Of a DNA stretch of 64,000 nt, positions 1-14,874 are shown piece after piece. The position numbers and the translations under genes were made by a program. The stretch comes from Octopus sinensis (taxonomy: Eukaryota): the NCBI RefSeq assembly GCF_006345805.1, contig NW_021833440.1:1-64000 (forward strand), read 5' to 3'. Numbering within the stretch: the first letter of the stretch is position 1; every line of letters begins with the position of its first letter. The notes beneath the pieces were generated by a model. It saw nothing but the letters and a program-made list of their open reading frames with translations, ran no database searches and had not been told where the DNA came from.

Positions 1-164
1 ACCACACACAACAACACAACCACACCACACACCACACACACATTCGAAAAAGTCCCAGGGGTGGCTTTTTTGTGGAGATAACTCTCACGCAAAAGCCCCT
101 CTACTTATTTTTCAAGTATATATAATACTGTAGCAAGAACTTTTTATTATCTCACTACACACAC

Positions 165-233
<69 letters not shown>

Positions 234-277
234 GTGGAAAAATAAAAAGAAAGTTATGTACACCCTTTCCTTGTTTT

Positions 278-682
278 TTTACTTGTTCCAGTCATTCGAC
301 TGCGGCCATGCTGGGGCATCGTCTTGAAGAATGTTTATTCGGTTGAATGAACGCCATTACTTCTTTTTTAAAGCCTGGTTCTTGTTCTATGAATCTCTTT
401 TGGTGAATCGCTAAGTTACGGGGACGTAAACACATCAACACCGGTTGTCAAGCAGTGGTGGGGACGAACACAAACACAAAGACATACAAACACACACACA
501 CACACACACACACACATACGACAGGCTACTTTCAGTTTCCGTCTACCAAATCCACTGACATGGCTTTGGTCGGCCTGAAGCTATAGCAGAAGACACATGC
601 CCAAGATGCCATGCAGTGGGACTGAACTCAGGAACATGTAGTTCAGAAATAAGCTTCTTACCACACAATCACGCTTGCGCCT
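278..682 (-). mobile_element. tRNA-derived SINE, family B (internal CA/TG microsatellite)
   Basis: Reverse complement reads GGCGCAAGCGTGATTGTGTGGTAAGAAGC...GTTCAGTCCCACTGC...TTGGGCATGTGTCTTC...TGACTGGAACAAGTAAA; many similar copies in window. Confidence 0.85.
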
Positions 683-865
683 ATATATATATTGTGTTGT
701 TTTTGTTGTTAATTTTGGAGAGTTTTAGCCCCAGGGGAGCTTCTGATCAAGAGATTTCGAACCGTGACCATCCACCCCACCTTGGGTGTATTTAAGACTA
801 CCTTTTTTCCTGGAAAAGGATGCGTGGCGTTCGATCATATATGCATATATTTATATATTATTTAT

Positions 866-1243
866 ATATATATAAAGCTGAAGTTGTCTGTATATGACAG
901 GTTTGGTAGCCTTTAACTAACACTATCTCCTCCGAGACCCTGCGGCGCAAGTTGACTAAAATTGGGATTATGATAGAAGAAGGTTTGCTCTTCCTTCCGT
1001 AGAAGAAAAAAATTCAAATTGGACCATGTTAACACCAAAAATTATTTACATCAAAAAGGTGCTTTTTTCTATGAAAATCCCTATATTTTACGATTTTTTG
1101 ACAGCTGTGTCACCATTTTTCAGTGTATTTCAACCAGAAAAATGTTCACTTAAAGAGAATAACAAGGTACATAATGCAAAATTTTTCAAAAATTCCAATT
1201 CTAAAGGGTTGAAACAAACCCGAGCAACGCCGGGCGTTACTAG
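866..1243 (+). mobile_element. Non-autonomous Helitron
   Basis: 3' GC hairpin CCCGAGCAACGCCGGG followed by CTAG (1240-1243) then T; lies in (TA)n; 3' half shared with 58905-59759. Confidence 0.7.
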
Positions 1244-1264
1244 TATATATTATATATATATATA

Positions 1265-1308
<44 letters not shown>

Positions 1309-1984
1309 TATCCTGTTATTTCCTATACTGGAGATCGTGTCTTCTTTTTGATAATTCTTGGAAGGAAAAAACCAAGGAAACAAACATTAAAAACAAAATA
1401 AGTCAAAATAATTCTACCTACCTTTATAACTTCCCCTGAAGAGTTGTTATATTCCACTTCGTTTGCAGGCATTTTTGTAGGTTTTGCTTTTAGAACCAAA
1501 AAGTAAACGGTAATGGTAAATTAGAAAATATATATATATATATATATATTATTATATTTTTAAAGAACTAGGGCAAATAGACGTCTCCTCTTTCTTTAGA
1601 ATTTTTCATGAAGGTTTTAGGTCTCAATGTTATTTTAATTAAATGCTTTGATGTTATATGTATGTTTTTAATTTTAATATATATATATATCTATATATAT
1701 ATATATATATTTTGCTGCAAAGTTTCGTCGTGTTTGGTAAGAATCCTTTTAGAAGCTGGAAGAAAAATCTCCTGTAGCGTCTAGCCGCCTACATGGCTGC
1801 TGGAGGTTACGGCTAAGACTAATTTTCAACGTTGACACTCGACTTCAAACAATTTATATGACATATTTGTGTAATGCACCACACATCCCCCTCCTTGCCC
1901 CACCCCTCTGTCGTTCACGCGCGCGTGCGAGTGTAGGTGAGGGTTATTATCTATGTTATGTTATGCATGTACGTATGCAGGAAT

Positions 1985-2360
1985 GTACACACACACACAC
2001 ACACACAGATACACACACAGATACACACATACACATATGAATATAATATGCACAAATGTATATCTACTAACTATATATATGTAATATATATATTGTGTAT
2101 GCATGCATGTATATATTTATATATGCATGTATGTATGTGTGTATGTATGTATATGTATATATATATATGCATGCATGTATGTATATATGTATGCATATTA
2201 TTATATATATTATATATATATATTATATATATATATATATTATGTATATATTATATATATATATATATATTAATATATATATATATATATATATGTATGC
2301 ATACACATATACACATAGACACACACATACACACACAAACACACACACACACACACACAC
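1985..2360. repeat. Compound (CA)n/(TA)n/(TATG)n microsatellite
   Basis: Direct reading. Confidence 0.95.
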
Positions 2361-2497
2361 AAGAGACACACTCGTTTTTGTGTATGGATATTAGACAAAA
2401 GATTTAAAGAAATCCGTATCTTTTATGTGTGTCCCTCCTTCCACCGTCGCACACCAGAATTCCTTTCATTCAACCAAACACGATCTGCTGACCATGT

Positions 2498-2536
<39 letters not shown>

Positions 2537-2699
2537 TGGTCGCTCTCTCTCTCTCTCTCTCTCTCTCTACCCCCTACTTTATTTAGTATACCACAATACT
2601 GTATATAATTCCATTTGTATTCAAGAATAACAGAAAGAAAGAAGACAAGAGCAAAACAAAAATATGCATAAAAAGCTAAAACAAAACATAACAAAGAAG

Positions 2700-2741
2700 A
2701 TTAATAATAACAATAACAACAACAACAACAACAATAATAAT

Positions 2742-2772
<31 letters not shown>

Positions 2773-2800
2773 TTAATAATAATAATAATAATAATAATGA
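2700..2800. repeat. (AAT)n/(AAC)n microsatellite
   Basis: Direct reading. Confidence 0.95.
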
Positions 2801-2961
2801 AACATAATAAAATAAAATATAATACATAACCTCTTTGCAGGTTGGATCCGACGTGGGTGTTGAATGAACTTAATTAAAAAGAACCGACATCATTTAGAAG
2901 CAGCCCAGATCCTCATTTCAACCATGTAATTAGTATGTTTAGTAAGTATGTAAAAGAAGCT

Positions 2962-2980
2962 TATATATATTATATATATA

Positions 2981-3030
<50 letters not shown>

Positions 3031-3031
3031 G

Positions 3032-3073
<42 letters not shown>

Positions 3074-3074
3074 C

Positions 3075-3105
<31 letters not shown>

Positions 3106-3150
3106 ATATATATGTATATATATATGTATATATATATATATATGTATATG

Positions 3151-3217
<67 letters not shown>

Positions 3218-3309
3218 CATATATATATATTGTATATGTATATATATATATATGTATATATATGTATGTATATATTATATTATATATATATATATAATAT
3301 ATTATATAT

Positions 3310-3342
<33 letters not shown>

Positions 3343-3377
3343 GTATGTATACACCATATATATATACATACATATAT
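2962..3377. repeat. Long imperfect (TA)n microsatellite
   Basis: Direct reading. Confidence 0.95.
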
Positions 3378-3555
3378 AAATTTAAATAAGCAGAAAATGG
3401 AGAAAACTTTTGATCAACAAATTGACCAACAAAGAGTGAAGAACGCATATACAGTGCGTGTGTTTATTTGGCAAGAAAAAAATGACCGTCCCGAAATATA
3501 ACAATATCTGTTTCAACACACGGTTTCACATCAGAAATCTTGCAACACAATTTCA

Positions 3556-4030
3556 TAAACATTATTCTCTCCAGCGCCACTGTGAGCGATACATCCTTTG
3601 TACAATGTGGAGAATGTACCACTAGCATTGCCCGAACGACCTCAACATTAGCTTCAAAATTCATCCAAGGCTAGGACCACGGGCCGTAAGTCCCCTGCCC
3701 AATTCAAGATCACAACACATAAATATACAGCAATACAATTTCTTTTCCTCAACAGGCCCTGCTCTATATAACAATGCTCCGAAACAGATCAAAGAGGAAA
3801 AGGATTCCATGATATTTAAACGGAATCTGGACAAATTTTGTTCAAGGAATACCAGATAAGCCACCAATACCTGGATACAACTCACTCAACAAGAACACCC
3901 TACTCGAATGGACCATGATACCACAATACTTGATTTAAAACGGATTTAGCTAATCTTATCAGCTGGTGCTATTAAGTTAGACAGGGCCTGGATCAATTTG
4001 CGGTTTAAACATATCTAAGTTATCTAAGTT
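3556..4030 (+). mobile_element. CR1-clade LINE 3' fragment (decayed)
   Basis: Translates KHYSLQRHCERYILCTMWRMY...FKIHPRLGPRA, homologous to the 55819-56424 ORF; ends in TATCTAAGT x2. Confidence 0.8.
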
Positions 4031-4049
4031 ATATATATGTATATGTATA

Positions 4050-4098
<49 letters not shown>

Positions 4099-4119
4099 TT
4101 ATATATATATATATATATA

Positions 4120-4151
<32 letters not shown>

Positions 4152-4229
4152 TATATACATACACATACTCTAATATATATAGTATATTACACACACATAC
4201 ATACATACCACATACATACAACATACATA

Positions 4230-4288
<59 letters not shown>

Positions 4289-4581
4289 AAATCAATCTTG
4301 TGAATAAAATTAATCTTGTGAATAATTTTATGACTGAAATTTAAAAAAAAACATTCTATGAAATAAAATGGGTTTATTAATGAGCGATTTAAGAACACGT
4401 ATCTTTATATTTGATATGGGAGCTGAACAATATTTTGAAAGTTTTCTAAATCAATTCCTCGTTTGAATATATATATATTTTTTTTTAAATTTCAGACGTA
4501 AAATTTATTCACATCATAGCAGATCAATAATCATTATAAATCAAGGCAGCGAGCGGGCCTTGTGCCTAGAGTAGAAAAGAA

Positions 4582-4990
4582 AAGGCGGCCAACTGGCAGA
4601 AACATTAGCGCGCCGGGCGAAATGCTTAACGGTATTTCGTCTACCGCTACGTTCTGAGTTCAACTTCCGCCGAGGTCGACTTTGCCTTTCATCCTTTCGG
4701 GGTCGATAAATTAAGTACCAGTTACGCACTGGGGTCGATATAATCGACTTAATCCGTTTGTCTTTCCTTGTTTGTCCTCTCTGTGTTTAGCCCCTTGTGA
4801 GTAGTAAAGAAATAGGCATTTCGTCTGTCTTTATGTTCTGAGTTTAAATTATGTCGATGTCGACTTCGCCTTTCATCCTTTCGGGGTCGATAAATTAAGT
4901 ACTAGTTGCGTTCTGGGGTCGATCTAATCGACTGCTCCCCCGCCACAAAAAAAATTTCGGGCCTTGTGCCTAGAGGAGAAAAGAATAATC
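4582..4990 (+). mobile_element. SINE family A, dimeric (head plus two bodies with different tails)
   Basis: GGCGGCCAACTGGCAGAAACATTAG head; GCCTTTCATCCTTTCGGGGTCGATAAA central domain occurs twice. Confidence 0.85.
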
Positions 4991-6049
4991 ATTATATATC
5001 ATATTTGATGGCATAGAAGATGGACTTATTGTTCCAAGAAATGTCTCAAAGATTCCCCCTTGAGACCTATATGTTTTAATGCACTAAAATCTTTTTTCTT
5101 GAATATGCACCGCTGAAACTGGGATGTGTCAAATACGCCCATGCGCCTTTTACGCCATCAAGAACGAACAGTTAAAAGTTTGGATTTTTGGTAAATCGTT
5201 GTTTGATTTCCTTTGATAGCACTGTGGAATAAATCTATAAATGTACTTTGGAGACTCAGATTTTAGATCCGATTCTAGGTATAGTCACACCATTGAATAA
5301 GAAAACATTTGTTTCCAGCAGCTCTAGTTTTTCGGATGATGTGCTTACCAACCAATTTACCAAAATCACATACCACAGCAAAGAAAGGGACTTACTGCCT
5401 TTTCTCTCTGAGGAAAATTATTTCTTTTTTTGTTGTTGTTGTTTCTGCAACGGTGTTTAAGGTTTGCTGGTGAAAGTGGGTACAGGCGTAGGTGCGGCTG
5501 TGTGGTACTTAAATAAGTACCAGTTGAGCACTTGGGTCGATGTAACCGACTAGCCCCTCCCCCCAAATTTCAGACCTTGTGTTTATTGCAGAAATAATAA
5601 TTATTGACTAACATTTTTTCTTTCCTCCCCGCGTAATTATCTCGGATGACATATTTAATGTTCACGGCTTTAAATGTGTCAACTTTAGCTTTACTCTTTT
5701 TTTTTATTCATTATTTCACCTATTGAACTGAAGCCATGCTGGGGCACCGCCTCGAAAAGTATTTACTTGTTTTGTCAAAAAAGTCGGATCTTACTCTATG
5801 GGCTAGTTATTAATGGACTGCTAGGTCACGGATATGTAAAGCACCGGTTGTCAAGTAGAGGTGGTGGGCCCAAACACAAAGACACGTATACATACATACA
5901 TACATACACACATACATGCACACATACATGCACACATACATACATACACATAGGTATCAAATTAGTTAAAAACTAACAACACAAACTCGCTGACAATATG
6001 AAGCTGAATATTTACAGTTAAAATTGCTATAAGATGATAAGAGATGGAT

Positions 6050-6432
6050 GGAAGCACTCCGTCGGTTACGACGGCGAGGGTTCCGGTTGATCCAATCAAC
6101 GGAACAGCCTGCTCGTGAAATTAACGTGTAAGTGGCTGAGAACTCCACAGACACGTGTACCCTTAACGTAGTTCTCGGGGATATTCAGCATGACACAGAG
6201 AGTGACAAGGCCGGCCCTTTGAAATACAGGTACAACAGAAACAGGAAGTAAGAGTGAGAGAAAGTTGTGATGAAAGAGTACAGCGGGGATCACCACCACC
6301 ACCCTGCCGGAGCCTCGTGGAGCTTTAGGTGTTTTCGCTCAATAAACACTCACAACGCCCGGTCTGGGAATCGAAACCGCGATCCTATGACCGCGAGTCC
6401 GCTGCCCTAACCACTGGGCCATTGCGCCTCCT
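6050..6432 (-). mobile_element. tRNA-derived SINE, family C (full length)
   Basis: Minus strand GAGGCGCAATGGCCCAGTGGTTAGGGCAGCGGACTCGCGG...GGTTTCGATTCCC (A/B boxes); tail ...GTAACCGACGGAGTGCTTCC. Confidence 0.85.
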
Positions 6433-6602
6433 GATAAGAGATAGTCTATAGAGATAAACTATCTCTATTTCTATCACTAACCAATTACATATATATGTGT
6501 GTTTTCGTCTATGTATGTACGTGTATATATTTATGTGCGTATGTATGTATGTATGTATGTATGTATGTATGTATGTATGTATGTATGTATGCATGTATGT
6601 AT

Positions 6603-6897
6603 AATATTCAGTTTTGTTTCAATCTTTCTTGCTAATAGAGGAAGGGCCGGTTTTCTAACCTAGATCCGAGGCTCCTTCATTGGAATTTGAACATCAACAA
6701 CAGGGTATTTTTGTATGTATGTATTTTTGTATGTATGTATGTATGTATGTATGTATGTATGTATGTATGTATGTATGTATGTATGTATGTATGTATGTAT
6801 GTATGTATGTATGTATGTATACATGAAGATTCGTATGTTTGTTTTACGTATGTCTTCTAACGTATATATTTGCATATCTAGATCTGCTCATATATCT
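6603..6897 (-). mobile_element. 3' UTR fragment of (CATA)n-associated RLE-type non-LTR element
   Basis: Homologous to 56760-57060; contains and abuts (TATG)n. Confidence 0.65.
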
Positions 6898-6939
6898 GGA
6901 GTTGAGAAGAGTCATACACGATTAATCAGTCGACAGCCA

Positions 6940-7680
<741 letters not shown>

Positions 7681-7726
7681 ATGCCCCGGGCGTTCGCGCA
7701 CTTTACGCCACTAAATTCACTCAACT

Positions 7727-7757
<31 letters not shown>

Positions 7758-8913
7758 ATTGGTTGGTCCGGGTCTGTAATAGAAGACACTAACCCAAGAG
7801 GCCCCGCAGTGGGACCGAACCTAAAGCCACGTGGTTACCAACCGAACTTCTTAACCATACAGCCAAGCCTATTTACTCTATGTAAGCATGGTTTATTTAT
7901 CAATTGATGTCCATTTGGTTGGTCAGTTGAATCGATCTTGTTGCCCGGTGTCTGGCAGGCCACTCGGGTTTGCCCTGAAGGATAAGGCGACGCTTTCCGT
8001 TCTAATCCATATATAATCCAAGCGATTATTTCTCCCTCTAACTCAATTAAAGGTTACAGAGTTTGTAAACAAATAAAAGAATTAAACCTATAAAATTTCC
8101 CGCCCTCTTGCTGATTATATTACTAAAGACATTTCAAGAATTCCTGTCGCCCAAATACGACACAGTTTTGTCTTACAATCCCCAAGAATTTACTATCCTA
8201 ATCCTTTTAAAACGTTTTCTGCACGCCCTCATTTATCTCACGTTTCAGTTATCCTACGTTTCCGCCTATCAATGATTCAACCAATCAAATTTGTTCTCTT
8301 ATACACACTTGCAATTCTCTTAATCCATCTCGCCTCTCACTTATTTCCCATCATCTCTTTGCTTTTCTCTCTCTCTCTCTCTCTCCGCTCACTCGCTTCT
8401 CTCCTTTTCTCTTTCTCTCTATCAGAACTTACTCCCGCAATTAGCTGCCTCTATTTCTCTCCACTTTTTTTTTTATCAGACGACAATGTTAGAAATCCAT
8501 GTTCTGCTCAACAGCAGCAGCAGTAGCAGCAGCAGTAGCAGCAGCAACAACGACGACAGCAAGAAAGACAACACAAACAACATCTGTATCATTAATGATT
8601 GTAATTGCTTCAAAGTGTGGTACAAAGCCAGCAATACTTTGGGGGTGGGGGTGGAGAATGTCAATCGATTACAGCGATTCCAGTAGTTGACTGGTACCTT
8701 ATTTTATCGATCTCGAAAGGAAGAAAGGCAAAGTTTATCTCAGCGGGGGCGGGGTGTCAACTCAGAACGTAAAGAAACGCGCCAAGCATTTTGAATCAGC
8801 TCGCGATATTAATCATAATCCATTCTACTAAAGGCACACGGCCTGAAATTTTGGGGAAAGGGACTAGTCAATTACATCGACCCCAGTGCGTAACTGGTAC
8901 TTATTTCATCGAC

Positions 8914-10526
8914 TGCATGATACTACTGACACTGATTCTGAGGAAAGCAAAGGCTGGGTATATATTCAAAAAACGCCAACAAAAAGTCAACCACTTGTTA
9001 TTCATAGATGACCTCAAACTTTATGGTAACGATGAATCCCATGTCAGTTCCCTCGTTGATAAGGTGTATACTTTCAGTGCTGTTATCAGAATGGAGTTCG
9101 GACTGAAAAAGTGTGGTGTGTTAGTCTCGAAGAGCGGCAAAACCAAATGTATGGACGGGCTAGCGATACCGTCGGGGGAGGTTATGAAGTAGATAGAAGA
9201 GACGAGCTAGAAGTACTTGGGGATAGTGGAAATCGATAAATTGATGGAGAAAGAAATGACAGAAAAATTTGTAGAGTACTTCCGCAGGCTGAGACTGATC
9301 CTTAAGTCGAAATTAAAAGGGGGGAATAAGATTGAAGCTACCAACACGTGGGAGGTTTCGCTCGCTTGATATGGAGCAGGGGTAATCGCATGAACAGTAG
9401 ACGAACTAAACAGCTTAGACAGAAAAACAAGAAAGTTGCTGACTAGTTATGGGATACTCCACCCCCAAAGTGACACAGACAGACTGTATGTACCATGAAA
9501 AAGAGGGGGAAGAGGACTGATTGGATGCGAACACAGCATTAGAGCAGAAGAAAACAACATATCATTGTATGTAAAAATGCCACAGGACCATTATTATTAG
9601 AAGTAAGAAGGTCAGGCTTGTGTAGGATGGAAGATTGCAAAGATAAAGCACTGTACAAGCACTTGAAAATGAATGAAACTGAAAATAGGTGGATAAAAAG
9701 AATGCATAGACAATTTCATAGGGATGTTGGCGATAAGACAGACAAAGAAAAAAGATGGCTGTGGATTACTAAAAGTTATTTAAAACCGGAAACTGAGGCT
9801 CAAATCTGTGCTGCCCAAGAACAAGCACTAAGAACCAATTACATTAAATACAGAATAGATAACACATCAAAAAGTGATAAGTACAGAATCTGTGGACAAA
9901 ATGGTGAAACCGCATGGCATATTACCAGTCAATATACGCCACTAGCCCAGAAAGAATATAAGAGACGTCACGACAATATAGCCAGGCTTGTCCATTGGAC
10001 ACTTTGCAACAAGTATGGACTTGACAGAGAAAAAAATTGGTACGACCACAAACCCGAAGGCATCATCGAAAATGATAATGCAAAGATTCTGAGATTTTAT
10101 GATTCAGTGAGACAATGAGATAGAGAATAGGAAGCCAGACATAGTGTTAATTGAGAAAGAAAGCAGACTATGTTGGATCATAGATATAGCATGCCCAGCT
10201 GACATCAGGGTGTGCGACAAGGAAGAAAGAAAAGTCGATAGACATGACAGGTTAGCGTGGGAATTTAAGTAGTTGTGGTCGATGAAAAAGGTGGTAGTAG
10301 TACCAATAATTGTCGAAGCCCTAGGAACAGTGATTAAAAATCTCGAGAAGTACATGGAACAAATAGGGGCTGCAGTAAGGGTGGAGCACTTGCAGAAAAC
10401 AGCACTGCTTAGAACCGCCTGAATACTCCGGATGGTGCTCGAAAAATAAGAGGTGTTACCTTAGTTCACTAGTAGTGAACAGCTGGCACCGTAGTATATC
10501 TCCAACTTTAGAAGCTGTGCAAAGGC
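8914..10526 (+). mobile_element. 5'-truncated R4/Dong-clade non-LTR retrotransposon (RT C-terminus, Zn knuckle, restriction-like endonuclease), pseudogenised
   Basis: NHLLFIDDLKLY, MEFGLKKCGV, AAQEQALRTN, RICGQNGETAWHI, YKRRHDNIARLVHW, RKPDIV, IIDIACPAD; several stops and frameshifts; ends directly in (AAT)n at 10527. Confidence 0.9.
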
Positions 10527-10564
<38 letters not shown>

Positions 10565-10917
10565 CAACAACAACAACAATAATAATTTCAAATTTTGGCC
10601 CAAGGACAGCAAGTTCGGGGGTCGGGTAAGTCCTTGAAGCTCATTATCGTCTTTGCCATAAAGTTTTAAGTCGTCCATATAAAATATATTTTCTGGTCGC
10701 CAATTTTATATCCACACCCTATCCTGTTAAGTTCATTTGTAAGGGGTATTGGGACAATACAGAAAATTAAAGGTAAAAGTGAGTCACTTTGGAAAATGCC
10801 GCAGTTGATATTAATATTTTTTTTGTGGTCAGTATTCAATAAAGTGGTATAATTGGAGATTCGTATTCCACATTGAATATGTAGTGCTTCAGAAAGTTCA
10901 AAATTACAGGAAAAAAA

Positions 10918-10971
10918 ATTATCATCATCATCATCATCATTATCATTATTATTATTATTATTATTTTATTA

Positions 10972-11002
<31 letters not shown>

Positions 11003-11006
11003 TATT

Positions 11007-11054
<48 letters not shown>
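10918..11054. repeat. (ATC)n/(ATT)n microsatellite
   Basis: Direct reading. Confidence 0.95.
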
Positions 11055-11055
<1 letters not shown>

Positions 11056-11271
11056 GATTTAACTTTATAAAAAAACATTTTTTCCCCTTTCTTTTATTAT
11101 TATTCTCACTGCTTAAAAAAAATCATTTTTTCTTGGGGTCTTCTCAAAAGAAATGAGTGGATGTTAACTGACAGGTGAGACGTATTAAGAGGCCTGTCAG
11201 GTGAGCCAAAGACAAAAGGCTGAGAACGTTTGAATGTAGTGATGATGGAGAGAACAAAACAGCATTAGTAT

Positions 11272-11307
<36 letters not shown>

Positions 11308-11732
11308 TTTGTAGCATACAGGGATACGAAACGAGAGGTATAAGGCGGGAGGAAAAGTGGAACGTTATGTAAAAATAAAAGAAAAAGAGAAGAAATATAG
11401 TAAGAAAAAATGAAACTGGTGGACGGAAAGAGAAAGAAAGCCATAGAAACGAACATATATAAACGAAAGGATAGAGGTAAACAGCCTGAAGGGAAAACCA
11501 TAATTCTGGTGGAGACAGCTTGTTAGTAGAGACGAGACGGTTTTTAACAGTTACAGGCGAGGACTCATAGCATTGAAGGAAGAAAGTTTTATGAGTGAGG
11601 ATTTAATATAATGGAGTCGTTGACTAAACCTTACTTGAAAACGAGGGTTATTACATACGTACGCATGCGCAAGCAAAAGTACACTCGCTCAAATACATAT
11701 ACACATAAATATACATATTTTTATGTTTTTAC

Positions 11733-11962
11733 GCGGCGAGCTGGCAGAAACGTTAGCACGCCGGGCGAAATGCGTAGCCGTATTTCATCTGTCGTTACGT
11801 TCCGAGTTCAAATTCCGCCGAGGTCGACTTTGCCTTTCATCCTTTCGGGGTCGATAAATTAAGTACCAGTTAAGCACTGGGATCGACGTAATCGACTTAA
11901 TCCCTTTGTCTGTCCTTGTTTGTCCCCTCTATGTTTAGCCCCTTGTGGGCAATAAAGAAATA
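11733..11962 (+). mobile_element. SINE family A monomer with Tx1-like tail
   Basis: GGCGAGCTGGCAGAAACGTTAG head to ...GTGGGCAATAAAGAAAT tail. Confidence 0.9.
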
Positions 11963-11974
11963 ATATATCTTTTA

Positions 11975-12405
11975 TCTTTTACTTGTATCAGTTATTGGAG
12001 TTCGGCCAAGCTGGGGCACCGGTTTTAACGGTTTCTAGTCGAACAAATCGATTCCAGTATTTTATCTTATACTTTCAAGTCTGGTATGTATTCCGTCAGT
12101 CTCTTTTGTCGAACTGCAAAGTTACGGAGACGTAGAAAAACTTACACCAATTGTCAAGCGGTAGTGGTGGGCCAGACACAACACAAACACACACGTATAC
12201 ATATATGCATACAAACATGCACACGCACACGCGCAAACACACACGCACACACACACACGATGGACTTCCACACAGTTTCTGTCTACCAAACACACCCATA
12301 TGGCATTGGTCCGCCCGCGTAGTAGAAGACGTTTACCCCAGGTGCCGCACAGTAGGACTAAACCTGAAACGTGGTTACATAATACGCAACCACACAGCCA
12401 TGCTT
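11975..12405 (-). mobile_element. SINE family B (diverged)
   Basis: Homology to 36400-36812. Confidence 0.75.
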
Positions 12406-12499
12406 GCTTCGAAATGTATAGCATTGTGCGACGAGAGCTTGGCCTTTTCGCCACCTTTTTTTTTCATTAAGGCTGGTCCCATAGGATCCTCATCATAAC

Positions 12500-13390
12500 C
12501 ACACGGCGCAGATAGCGTCCTTCGTCTTTATCAGTAGGTTGCAGCATTTGCCAATATTTTAATGTGGACGATGTATCTCGGAAGTGCATCCATCAACGCC
12601 GACCAACTCGCCTGGAAGTATTAGTGCTGGTTGACCATAACATCCTGAAAACCACTCTACTGTGGAGGATCGCAAAAGGGCTCGGAGCCTATCGGACTCC
12701 ATCTGAGCTGGCTCAAGGGGCACACAAACCCGTTTCCAATAGTCCGGCTTTTGGCCGGGGTTGGACATTGACCTCTGGAGTTAGCGAATCACAACGGCCC
12801 AAGTTGGAACCTCACTGTCCTATAAAGCAGCTGGTTCAACATCGAAGGAAACATCCGACCATAGCACCTCATCGTGGCGGGATTTCTAAAACTATAATAC
12901 TCCATCCGTGTGATAGACCATAGTTAATAGACTTTAAGGGTTTGTCGTCGGACGGCTACACAGCCTCCGAGAAAACTGTATGGAAGGACGCTCTGTCTCC
13001 CGATCGAATTCGAGGCTTTGCGATGAGAGTTCAGCTGAATAAAACTTCTTAGTGCAACAACGATAAACGTTCCATTTCTCACTGGTATATAGCAAAAACG
13101 GTAGAATATGAGTCCTGCAGGCCTTTAGTTTACTTTCGGAGTGGAAGTGGGAAGACGGAGATTGTGTAGAAGCCTTTTGGCTGGATTCTACCCGTAATTT
13201 AAAATACCAGCCTTGACAGTCTGTGTCAAGCTGGTTCTGCCGCAGATTTACGTTCCGTTCAGTTTACGGGATACTCAACCACGCCTCGTTGCAATTCAAT
13301 GAGTAGGATGTACTTCAGTTCATCGAACGAATGGAAGCCATTATGTCATTACTATCAGTAGGAGACGTCCATTCCGACATCCTTATCCGT
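12500..13390 (-). mobile_element. Heavily decayed RTE-like LINE remnant
   Basis: Minus strand near 13070-13140 gives SKLKACRTHILPFLLYTSEKW, resembling the RTE motif TKLKVY..ILP.LLYGSETW; boundaries uncertain. Confidence 0.45.
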
Positions 13391-13394
13391 TTAC

Positions 13395-13528
13395 ATAATA
13401 CATAGTACAATACTTTATTGTATAATAATACATAATACATAGTACAATACTTTATTGTATAATACAATTCTTTATTACATAATACATAATACATAGTACA
13501 ATACTTTATTGTATAATACAATTCTTTA
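13395..13528. repeat. Three-copy minisatellite CATAATACATAGTACAATACTTTATTGTATAATA at SINE 3' end
   Basis: Direct reading. Confidence 0.85.
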
Positions 13529-13749
13529 TTACCCACAAGGGGCTAAACATAGAGGGGACAAACAAGGACAGACATAGGTATTAAGTCGATTACATCGACC
13601 CCAGTGCCTAACTGGTACTTAATTTATCGACTCCGAAAGGATGAAAGGCAAAGTCGACCTCGGCGGAATTTGAACTCACAACGTAATGCAGACGAAATAC
13701 CGCTAAGCATTTCGCCCGGCGTGCTAACGTTTCTGCCAGCTCGCCGCCT
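13523..13749 (-). mobile_element. SINE family A
   Basis: Reverse complement of 11733-11962. Confidence 0.9.
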
Positions 13750-13884
13750 TTCAATACCGACCTTCCGGACACTGACGGTCCGGAACCTCTTATAATCCGC
13801 TTTAATTAACAGTAATGTACAGGAGCCTGTGTTTCATTTAATTATTGAAGTAAATTTAATGTTTGTTTAATTTAGAGTGTGTTG

Positions 13885-14285
13885 TCCGAGGTGATCTAAA
13901 AAGCTTGCTTCCTAACCTCATGGTTCCGAGTTCAGTCCTACGGCGAGACACGCAGTGTCTACTACTATGGACAAGTGTCTTCTACAATAGCCTCGGGCCG
14001 ACTAAAGCCTTGTGAGTGGATTTGGTAGACGGAAACTGAAAGAAGCCCGTCGTATGTGTGTGTGTATGTATGTGTATATATATATATAAATGTACATATA
14101 TATGTGTGTCTGTTTGTCTCTCACCACTGCTTGACAACCGGTGCTGGTTTGTTTATAACCCTGTCATATAGCCGTTCGACAAAAGGGACCGATAGAATAA
14201 GTACTAGGCTTAATAAAATACTGGGAGTCGATTCTTCAAGGTGGTGCCCCAGCATAGCCGCAGTCTAATAACTGAAACAAACAAC
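13885..14285 (+). mobile_element. SINE family B
   Basis: Homology to 36400-36812. Confidence 0.8.
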
Positions 14286-14874
14286 AACAACAAAAAAAGT
14301 AAACGGTAGAAGATAACCGGAAAAGACTTTGGAACCGTAAGTTCCCGAAATCCATTAGTTATAACCGTAGGTATTTTATAAAGAGTTGTCAGGTCTTTAA
14401 TACTGACTAATCTATTAATCCGCAACCGTGGAAAGGTCAACGGTCTCATTCAATCTAATTTTGTCTCTGGGTTGATCGCCATTAACTAAAGAAATAGATG
14501 TCATTCACAAACCCCGTCAACACAATAATGTTGCGTAATTTTATGGGATTCTATGAAAAAGATTGTTCAACGATGGTGCATTTGGATTTCGTTGGCCAAT
14601 CAGAATTCACTTTTATTTTTTTTTTAATTGTAAATTGTAATCAGCTGAGGTTTTTGCTCCAACTTTTGCTCTTGTTCATTTGTTTTATTTATTCTTTTGT
14701 ATTTCTTTCTTTTTTTCTTTTTGCTTTTGGGTTTGGAAAAATGAACTGCAATGACACAATTGCCAACATCATGGCTGCCTCCACCGCTGACGTCACCGTC
14801 GCCGCCATCGACACCAAGAACTTCAACAATTTCACGTCACCCGTTTGTACTGTTGTCATCGGTACACAGAATAT

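Noticed and set aside
2829-2930. Possible exon after CTCTTTGCAG acceptor
   Set aside because: Early stops in the frames examined, no good donor and no partner exons
6360-6432. tRNA genes at SINE heads
   Set aside because: They continue into SINE bodies and lack a complete acceptor stem and terminator
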